64,000 bases of DNA. It comes from Catajapyx aquilonaris (taxonomy: Eukaryota). The notes beneath the pieces are model-generated. The model searched no databases and was not told the DNA's origin. It was given only the letters and a program-made list of their open reading frames with translations. The DNA is taken from contig KZ538224.1 in NCBI GenBank assembly GCA_000934665.2, positions 186,001 to 250,000 on the forward strand, given 5' to 3'. Positions within the stretch are counted from its first letter, which is position 1, and each line of letters begins with the position of its first letter. The position numbers and the translations under genes are program-made. This document shows, in pieces, positions 25,385-36,200 of this stretch.

Positions 25385-27134
25385 ATTAAGCTGAACATTA
25401 ATTTATTGTATAATAATTACAAAAAAAGTTTCCAAATTTGTACCCAAAGACACGTTGGATTTGATATCCCCCACTCTAAGAACTCTGTACACATATACAA
25501 AGTGCTATATACAAGTATTGATTTCTCTTATTTTTTATACAGAAAACCGTATAAAGTGATATGACTTTTGCATGAACAGTATCACAAAACGGTGCCATCT
25601 GGGCAAGAGGCAGGGTCTTATTTTTTTAAATTCTTGTCTTCTTCACGGTTGAAACAGACCCGGTATTTTTTAAATTTGTTCTCGTAGCCCACATGGGAAG
25701 AGAGGCCGTACGCAATTGGTGGAGGTTTTTTTTTCACTACGTAAATATCGGGGAGCGCGCCAAATACAAAAAAGGATCGACTGAGTCTGATATTAACAGT
25801 TGGAAATATTTTCACAAGCGGGTAAAGGCGAAAACAATTCGCCCAACAAATAACTGATTGTCTTTAGATAACAACATTTTTCATGACCTTTTATACAGTT
25901 GTACAATGACAGTGCACCAAATAAAAACAATTTGCTCATTTACATGATTGCGTACGGGTTGGGTTAACTTGATGGAAGCCCATACGGCAAATGCGGTTAA
26001 TTTTTTTGTGTAACTCGTTTCGAATTAGAAAGGAGATACAAGGTGTATCCAACTTTCCGAACTTCAGTCGATCCTTTAATAACAAACGATTAGGCGTATT
26101 CTAGACACCGGGTGACGAATAAAATTTTTCCTGATTGGCTGTCGTGCTTGACAAGTTACATAGGTAACACCGATGAGACATTGAGCAGCTCTTTTTTAGT
26201 AAACTGATTAACTACGCTACCTTAAATTTTTTCTCTTTTTTTAAAACTCGCCAGGAGGAAGGGTAGCACAGAAGGAAAAAATTTCGAAAGAACCGAGATT
26301 GAACAAAAAAAATTGACTCGAAACATAACACATCTCTCGCATGAAAGGCACATTTTGATTTTAAGGATTCGAAAGCGGAATCTTTCGTGAAAGGCGTTGA
26401 CAGTTAACGTTATTATTATTATTTTTTTCTGCATGGAAGAAGGGTTGAACAGCAAGTATGTTTTTTTGTGTAAAATGTACAAATTGCGCATGAACACACG
26501 TCCGCCGTAAGACCGCGAACAAACTTCTCTCTGAATATCGTACAAAGTGCTAAAAACAAGTGCACGTTACGATTTGTGTAAAACACACATCATTCAGATG
26601 GTCGCACCCACACTATACTGCGGCAACGTTTTTTTCACAGATTATATCGACTAGACTTGCAACCTTTTTTAAAACTCTCGCTTACCCGCCTTTAAACTCT
26701 TGCCTCTCGATTTTCCCTATGCTGACCGCACTTTTTTTATTAGGTTACCTTCCGCCAGCCGAATTCCTAAAACGCGAGATGCTCGTTACAAATTCAGAAA
26801 CCGGAGCACTTTTATAGTCTTTCCGTGCCTAAAGGAGAACCCATGAAATCTTGGCGTCGTCTGGTGGAAACATGAACAGATAACAACGCCATGTTTCTCA
26901 CGAATATTTTTTTTTTCTTCTTCTGAAGGTTGCTGGCATGACTGGTTTAAATTTTCGTACGCGCGATGCCCAATAGGAACAGTCCACAATTTTCTCCTCA
27001 GCATTTAATTGTTCGTCATCTCACTCGTTGTTTGTTGTCCACACAGTTTCACCCACACGTAACTAAAGTTCGCGTAGGAAAACAAATAAAAACATTCACT
27101 GTAGCAAAAAACAAACATTGCCCGATAGCACAGT
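25385..27134 (-). other. Probable Ddr 3' UTR
   Basis: U-rich on the minus strand downstream of the stop; AATAAA (minus) at 26741-26736 and 25407-25402. Confidence 0.45.
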
Positions 27135-27284
27135 TCAGTCGCCAGGCTCGTATCCTAAGTTCTTTCGTTGTAGGAAAAGGTGTATTTCCCTAAAGTTGGG
27201 CCTCGAAGTCTCGTTTCTCTGCCAGCATTCCCTCATCAGGTCGTATATCTCTTTGGGGCAGTTTATAGGCTGCGGAAGTATCAC
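27135..27284 (-). CDS. Ddr: Ddr last coding exon
   Basis: [52 protein letters not shown] at 27137-27135. Confidence 0.95.
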   Translation of the reverse strand: MILPQPINCPKEIYDLMRECWQRNETSRPNFREIHLFLQRKNLGYEPGD

Positions 27285-30200
27285 CTGAAGCGAAATGGAC
27301 AGAATTAGTGAACCTTGCCCTGCCTTTTACAGCAAGACTCTCATAGCATGCAAACTATAGTAATTTCCGCATAAAATGTTCGTGATTGTGACGCACCTGT
27401 TCACCACTGTTTTGGCCAAAATTAGCAATGTTTTCGAGCACTCTGTCGTCGCTGAATTCCTCGTAGGGCTGCTCCCGTGCGAAAGTGAGCACCTCCCATA
27501 GTGTCACAGCAAATGACCATACGTCGCTCTTGGGGGTAAACTTGCCCTGGAAAATGCGATTTTCATGTCATGACACAGCTCCTCTTTTTTAGTACCTTTG
27601 GCTTTCGACACTGACCAGCAGCAGACTCTCCCATGCCATCCATCTAATGGGTAACAATATTTGGCCATCAAACTGGTAGTAGTCTGCTATGTAGATGCTG
27701 CGACTCATTGCTACGTCCGTGATTTTGACGCCGTAGCTTGGACCCACAAGACAGTTTCTGGAATGGTCGGAATGGTGTTAATCAAATGTGAAATCGCAGT
27801 TACAGTAAAGCAGGGAGCAGGTCTCACTTAAAATTTTTGAGTTCAAATATCAGCTCCAATTGTGACCCTGGCAAAAAAATAATTTTTCAGATGATACATA
27901 CCTAGTGGCCAAGTCCCTGTGCACAAAGTTGAGTGACTCCAGGTATTTCATAGCAGAGGCAATCTGCGTGGCCATGTATATAAGGCAGCCGTAGCTGTAA
28001 GCACAGAAAGGTTGGTTATACGACATGTCATTGTCAGCCCCAGAGGACTTAAATGAGGCTGCAAAAGAGAGTCTCTTGTCCTCTGATGTCCCCCCTGCTT
28101 TCACTGGGACCCTCTAACAGTCTAATCTCCACTGTTTTCCTGGTAACAATGGCAGTGTTTGGACAAAGGCCTGCAATTTACCTAAGTGTTTTGGCAGCTG
28201 GAGGCCGATTGGAAGTGGTCTCGGCCAAGTGCTGCTGCAGGAACTGGTTCAGGTCTCCGTCTTCGAAGTACTCGGTCAGGACACATCGAGGTTCTGCCCA
28301 ACTTACGGCCACCACTGCAGCCAGATTGGGGTCCTTCAGGCGGGCCAATGCCTTCACCTCCAGGTGGAAGTCCTGCCTGGGGGAAAAAAATAAATTTGAG
28401 GAACACCCTGTTGTAGCCTCCCAGAATATTTGCGAAGAAAATATAAGGAAAATTACATGAGCGTGATTCGAGTCGACTTTTTCTCATTGCCAATAAAATT
28501 CAAATTTGACACAATTATATAGAATGTTGTCAGTCTCATTTCCGGTTTCCAAGGAACTCAAAGACACCCGCCTCTAGACGACTCGACCGTGGCAGATATA
28601 GTGATCCCGGAAAATCGGAAGTGGTCGGTCACCGGAAGTTGACCATTAAACCTATAAAACCGTTTATCGCTATCTCTTGCGGTTTAGGCCCTGATACATG
28701 TCCACGGACGAACGGATGGACAGAGCCGTTCTACAAGACTTTTTATTATTATGAGAAAAAGTAGAAAAAGCAGCTTTATTCTCCTCTGAAGGCAACCTAC
28801 TTGGCAGATTCGGTTATTCCCGATCGCAGCGACTTGACCACCACCCTCTGTAGCTGGTCGAAAGAAGCCACGTCAACTAGGTCCGACAGACCCTCAGGTT
28901 CGCACAGCAGGATCTGTAACAATGGGGGCCATTGTTAGGCTGCAATGGCATTGGGGTGGCCGGCATTGTTTTATTACCTCTCCGAACTGGCCTTCTCCTA
29001 TCCTCTCCAGCACCTTGAGCTGCTCCTTTGGGAACTCGTAGACCTCCACGTCCTCTCTCAGCAATTCGATGTTGGGCGCGCCCAGAGTGGAATTTCCGCA
29101 CGCGCCCTGGATGCTGATTGGTTGAAGGACTCCGGGAGGGGGCAGGGGCTGCGACGGGGGAGTCGTCGCCTTGGATTTTAAAGAAAAAGCTGCGGTTAGT
29201 TAACTGTACGTAGAATTACGTCTATGTAAAGGTTACGTCTACGCGTAAATTAAGTGTGGATAAGGCGTGTATACCGGAACGTTGCAGATGTCCGTGGCGG
29301 CGTAGTACTTTTCTGTTGGCGGGCCGGACGAAGGCGGCTTGGGGAAAAAAGATGGCGGCGTCCTGTGCAGGGACTTCCTCATGGGCGATGGTGCTCCCAG
29401 GGATGGGTACAGAGACGGGATTGACTCGCCGGTCAGTGGCACTGCGTATTCCTGAGTTGTGCATTCTGGAAACGAACACGTAAATTGGTCAAATGGGGGG
29501 TCAAGATGAAATCGCTTTTGCTGGGCCAAGGTGGACCTCTACGACGAGTTTTAAAATACAAGGCGGTCCGACAAATGTTCAAGATTGCCTTCATGCAAAC
29601 GAGCAAACCCCAGAATTTATGTAGTAATGTTAGTTCAACTTCGCAGGCAATTAGGATGAATCAAATTAGCATTACACTAGTATCGTGTGTCGGAGATACA
29701 ACCTACACTTCCATCATGGGTGAGATTTTGACCTGTAGTAAGTTGTGTAATTTATTATTCTGTTTGAGGGTTTTGTACTTTTGTTTTGTGTGATTATTTG
29801 ATAAGAGAGAGAGGAATATCTGCAAGGATATTAGTATTTTTGCGAAATTACACCTATACAATACATGGATTTATTGGTGTCCGCATTAATGCGACCTTAT
29901 ATGGCTGATGATATCTTGACGCACCACCCTGTACAGACATCTAATTCTATTATTGCCAACTCATTCCATCAGATAAACTACCACCAACACAGTTTACCCA
30001 ACCCTAGCTGGCATATGCCCCCTCCGAAATAATAATCTGCACGGTCAAATGCTCCTTATTTTTTTCCTTTCTTTGCCTTGGAGCTGAACTGTTGAACACA
30101 CAAACCATCTCGCGTTTCGTGATCCCGAAGCGTAGATTGGTCGATGTTCCGGGGAGGCCCTGAAATATGGATGCATTAATTCGAAATCATCGGGAATGTA

Positions 30201-33200
30201 GCAACGTCCATTCGGCTCCTGGTCCCATAACTCAGCCTTATCCCTTCCGGACATCACATGCTACGCGTCGTGCCGTTTTATTGCCCTTCGTTCCATGGAT
30301 GATGGCAGAGAACGAAAAAAAAAAGGTTGAACGTCCGGTTATCAGCGAGTGTCAGGGCACTATTGGTTACACAGTCTGTACAAGTGCGGTTAGGAAATTA
30401 CGGGCAGTGTGTATACCAGGCGATTCTAAGCGGTTGGCCTGAGCGATAAGGCAACAACAAGTCGAGAGGGGGGGAACCGACACGAATCGAGCGTCAAAAA
30501 CGACGTTGAAGATGGGCCAAACACGTCCATTTTGAGATACGGCCAGTTGATTAGAGGTGGGTGCCTGGGTGGTATGCAGGGTGCGGGGCAATCCATAATT
30601 CCACAATATTTGAAAGTATTTTGTAAGTTGTAATTTTATATGTTAATTTTTCAGTCGCTAACTTTAATCATTTTTTTTACAAAGAAATTGAGTACACTAA
30701 AGAGCAATTGATCGAAGTTCTCACCGCTGTATTCTGGGCTGGTTCCGTTCATTCCTGCCATCTGTCGCCCGATAGTAGCATACGCGGCGTTGTAGAGCGG
30801 AACCGGAAACGGCTCCTGGTACGGAGCACTCTTGTCTACATCCTCCTCCACCTGTGATCGCAAACAGAAATTAATACCATCGCACTCTATAGCCAGCTAC
30901 TTTGTTGCATTACCGGAACTTTCATGTTCATTGTGACCCGCTTGTCCGAAAATGGAGTGCTGAGACCGGAATGTGGAGAAGTTGAGCCCGGTTTTAGCCT
31001 CCTGTGCCTCACAACTATGAACAAAATAGCGGCTACCAGAACCAGAATAACTGCTGCCAGGACGCCTATCACCAGACCGATGTACCTTCCGCTTCCTCCT
31101 CCTTCCTCTGCAGTCGCCACTGAAATTTTAGTGCAATTAGTTGGGTTTAATAAAGTTCATTTTTATAAGAAATATCTGAGCAAATGGGCCAGCTGAATAT
31201 TTCTTTTATATGTTATCTGCTATATGCTATCCGTTATATCATGTCAGCTATCCGCTATGTGCTATTCGTTATACGCTATTTTTGGATTCCAGCCCATTTG
31301 CTCTGACATTTCTTGCTGTGTGAATGACCTCTTACCCAAATTGTTTCTCTCGTCTCTTGGTCCACTCATTTGGGTTCCATCCCTCTGCAGGGGATATTCC
31401 GCCTCCTGTGTGGCCTCACCGTCCTCCTCGCTGTGATTACCAGCGGCCGGAACTGCGGACCAACGGACACAGGGGTCATCATCAAACAGGAGGAGTAAGT
31501 ACCTCGTTGACTTATCTTTGGGACGCATCAGTCGATTGGAAATGCCCCGGGGGATAATCACAAGTGGGGGGGTTGCGGTTGCATCAAATTATACTGGGGG
31601 TTGGAGATGTCCGGAAGTCTATTTTTTCCGATTTTGTTACTCGATAGTGATGGCATACGGTGCTGGACATCAATAGTGTCGTCCTGGCGGCGCCACAAGC
31701 CGTTGGCGGCAAAAGAGCAAATAGAAATTTGCCCTCCGTAAGAGGTATGACCACCTTCACTTAAGCATAAATCATGTAAAGGCGGTCATATGCGAGGTAG
31801 CTTTCGATTCGCTCTTTTGCCGCCATTGGCTTGTAGCGCCACAAGTACGACGCTAATGTCCAGCACTGTACTGGGTACATACCAATTGAACTGTTCGGAC
31901 AATCCTGGCGCTACAGGATGGTGAAAATCGCTTTAAAAACTGTCCCTTCTGAACTCGGTTTGATTTTCCAGTTCATCCGATGTCCTTTCCGGAAGCTGAG
32001 ATAACGGCCTACGCGTAATAATCCGGAGCAGAAAGTGCGTCGTGTCGCGTTCCGGTATGACAACCATTGTGACAAGAACCGACGTAGATAGCGCATGTCT
32101 GCGACTCCCCCTTTTTTCATTATCTGTGCCCATGTCAAAGTTCAATGTCGTGGACCCCTCCAGCTCAAAACTTTTTTTTTTTGGGGGGGGGGGGTCTCAT
32201 CGTGCCATTGATTACGGTATCAATTACCATCAAAAAAGTTGGGCATTCATTTTTTTTTTGCAAAGTCACGCAATGGAATGGTCTCTTTTTTCAACATTCA
32301 TGCAGCAGGAATTTCCGTAGAGGGTTATGCTGAAGGCCAATCAATCTCTGGGGTTGTCGACTAAACCTGCTACCAAACCATGGCAATCATGACGGATGCA
32401 GGCAGCAAGATTTTCATTACCTGCCCACTTGTACCATGTTTATTTGTCACGATTTGGAGCGTCATAATGCGACCGGGTATTTTTTTATTATTATTTGGAC
32501 GAGGGTTGATTGACATCCCTTTTTGTCCGGGGGCCCAATTTCCGGGGGGGTTTATACACACAAACCATATAACCCCCGGCATGCTGCACACTGAAATATT
32601 AATATTGGGCACAGAAAATTGCAGGGCAATTAATCCCTGCAACGTGGGTTGACGGAAAAGTTTGTCATTCGCAGCATCCCCCCCCCCCCTCTCGGTTCAG
32701 CAGCTAGGAGGCCCATCAATCGCGGGTCCTAATCAATCGTTATTGGCGCCGTTATTGGAGGGGAAACTATACAAGGGGGGGCGTCAACAACCTAAACGAG
32801 GTGTCTGGCATGACACACCAGAACAGGATGAGAGACAAGCCTCTATACAAAAGGCGTCACATCACGTCCCTATATTTTTGTGCACATCTGTATTATTAGA
32901 TTATAAAAGGCAAAGTTTGTTTGTATAGGCCCAAGCCAAACAAACCAACTTTGCCTTTTATAATAATAAGGGTTTTATCATAACAAGGGTGGACGACAAT
33001 AATTTGGTGCGAAGGTATACTATTCCATCTCCGCTTTGTATCATCCTGGCATGATACAACCCAACGAATACGCTTTGCATAATGATGCTGCTACGGTAAA
33101 TACAGAGATCAGTTAAAATACTTAACGGCTCATAGTAGTACAACTGATCTCTCTATTACCCATAGCAGCATCATTGTGCAAAGAGTGTTCGTTGGGTTGC

Positions 33201-36200
33201 ATCATGCCAGGATGAAACAAAGCTGCGGTGGAAGAGTACCTTAGAACCAAAATATGAGTGTCGTCCACCAGTGCCCTTGCACGTTTCTTAGGGTCACCCT
33301 GCATCAACATCATGAGAAGGGCCCGGTAAGAAAAATATATTTGTTGGCATAGTTTACAGCTCCTTTGGGACTGAGATATGGGGAAAGCCTTGGCCTTGAC
33401 AAGTCCAGATGGGGCCATTAAACCGAACTCCGCTTTTTTTCCTTCAGGAAGTCGCAAAAAGAACGTTACAACCTGAGGAAGTCGGGGAAATAGGCAAAAA
33501 CCTGGAGCTGTAACGCTCCATTGAAAGAGAGAGGCGATCACACAGAGAGCGTCTTTTGACCACCATTCGGATGCAGGCACTTTATGAGGTGATAATATCT
33601 GTCGTAATCCTGCATGAGTTATGGACAGGCGCCGCGTGCCTCGTCGTAAAACACGCTGCGACCCCTTTTTATACCGGTTGGTCGCATATTCCAGGGGAAA
33701 AAAAGTTGCAGGTTTTTCTGTCGGCAATCCGGATAATTTGTAGTCTTGTTCCTAATTATAGGTGAAAAACTCGGTTTTTGCCTACTTATGGCCCCAATTA
33801 AATTTGGAAGGAGCATTGTAATTGACCATTTTCAATTGATGGCACATGACACTTTGTAATGTTGGGCTTCCCTGACAAGCAAGATGTGGCGAAAACAAGA
33901 GTGTCGACAGCGATGCGAAACTAATGAGATTTGGTGACTCCTGTGATGAGCGATCGGAGCCGAGCGTGCTTGTTAACAAGAGACGGTGGTGCATGCATAA
34001 AGGAGGGTTTTTCGAGAGGGATCTCGAAGGGGGTTGTCTATGTTGGGCTTTTGAGTTTTCCAGGAGAAAAGAGGCTCTGGGCCTGATGGGAGACCTATAC
34101 TAACTGCATTGTGGTGCTGGGGGACACGCTCAGGAATAAAGGGGTTTTTATACATTTCTAGAACAACAAGACTTGTCTCTGGGGAGGGAATGGTTCGTTA
34201 TGCTGACACACGAACACACTCAATACTGTAGTAGAAATGGCGTGAATTTCCTCAGGGATATTTACCTGAATTGAATGAAACCTCGCTGATCATGATCCAT
34301 TTGGAAGCGAAGAATAGCTGGAGCTTGATGTACCGTCCGATCCGATGGTGCAACTTGACAGTCACGTTTCTGGCGTGTTCCATGATCAGATCGGGCATGT
34401 ACGAGAAGTGAACCGGTTCGCCGTTGTAATACCGACCTCCGATGCTGAAGTACACCTTGGCGTGGGAAAACACCTGCCGGAAAAAGAAGCATAATAAATT
34501 GTCAAAGTCCAATTTTGGGAAGCATTGTCTGGTGCACGCATACCTGAACGTCCTTGCTGAAGAGGTTGTTGGTATGGAGATACATCGAGGAAAAGTTGCG
34601 GACCCGGTCGAATTCGAACGTTATTTCTACCGGTCGGGTCACCTGTCCGCTCTCGTTCTTCCAGCCGACCCACTCGTAACCTTCGAGATGACCAAGAAAA
34701 AGAGACAGGAATCTGATAAGAACGAGTCATATACGTACGATGTCTAGTTTGCATGAGATGAGAGTCGATCACTGTCTCGAGTTTGTGCTTTCTGATTTGG
34801 CAGGAAATTTATCATTTGCTATAGAGTTTTGGTGGTGCACAGCTGCATGTTTCTATAGCCTACATGTATTTTACCCGTAGCTTCCGTACAGACTATGCAA
34901 CCAGAGACACTCTATTGTTCATTCAGGTTTCCGCAAACACGTTTCGTAATTGCCTCGACTTAGGGGGAGAGATCCTCAGAAAAGAGACAAGGAAGGGTCG
35001 TATTGACAGAGCGATTGGAAATTCCTCTGCTGTCATTAGGGGGCGATTATTACTTGTTACATCAGTCACTTTGTGCAAAGTCACCGCTCTTCGTTTTAAT
35101 GTGTTTCGGAAGAAGGGAGACTAGGAAGGGTCTCGTGTGGACGCCACAGGTAACACCCAGAGTTTGTTCCCAAACTACAGATGGCAGGACCAGGCTGGAT
35201 TTGGTCGCGCTCCACGAGCGGACAGAGCCACGTGCCAATTAAAATGTGGCAAGTTATACATATTAACCAGGTCATTTACACGCGTTAATGAGCTCAATAA
35301 TTAGATTCAGAATAACTGGTTTTGCGGTGGAAATATTATACACCTGCATGTACAGTACATGTTGTATTACCGGATCTTAATCAAGGGCAGGAAGGAAGTG
35401 CTGGGCAGATGTCTCATGCACGTGGGTTGTTGTTTTTTTTTGCACGGAAATAACTGTTCTTGCTGGAGTGAACGTCTTAACCTGTGGCAATGGGAATAGC
35501 AGAAGTACATTTCCGTTGATTTAAGGAGTGCAGCCAAGGTTGGGAAAGTGACACTCATATTTTGTTCTACGGCATTTTGATATTTCAAAAATACTCGCAT
35601 GAAAATCGCAATTTTAAAATTATTCTGATTTCAAATTGTGGAATTATGGCATACGGTATGTGAATGAAAATAATGTATTCAGCATTTTTTTTTAATTTCT
35701 GAGTCTTAACAGTTTTCTCGAATTCTCACGAATTCCCCTGTATTTACATGCTATTCAATAGTGTTGTGTATCGTATCTCCTAAACGATTTTCCAGCTCGA
35801 ATATTCACTCGGAGGAAAGCATTCCTTCCTTTAGATTCCCTGCATTCCTCCGGAAAATGCACACTGGATCCCCGGGAGTTGCTTCTTCTCTCATCATTCG
35901 TGTGTACAAAAGCTACTGCTGGAGTAAGGTATTTCTCCGGTTTTCATTATGCAAAGCAAGAGAGAGTGATGTCATCGATTTTTTTTCAACTTCTTCTCCT
36001 TGTTAAGTGCACAAGATCTGAAAGAAAGTGAAAAGTTACTCTTGACAAGCTCAAGCTCTAGTTTGTCAGCGGAAATTATGTCGCTCGCCCGAGAAGGAAC
36101 TGGCGTTTGTCTGTCGGATTGTTCCAAGTCGTCGACTCTGACGAGTTGTCATTTTTTTTGCTCGAACATTTTTTCTATACGTTCAACTGTACGTGCAAAG

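Noticed and set aside
24832..25385. Minus-strand ORFs just downstream of the Ddr UTR
   Set aside because: No recognisable homology; joining them needs a 31-nt intron and hits a stop.
30045..30257. 70-aa ORF containing PIYA as a Ddr exon
   Set aside because: That frame is incompatible with the phase-1 host intron at the best splice sites; only the 54-nt alternative-frame candidate fits.
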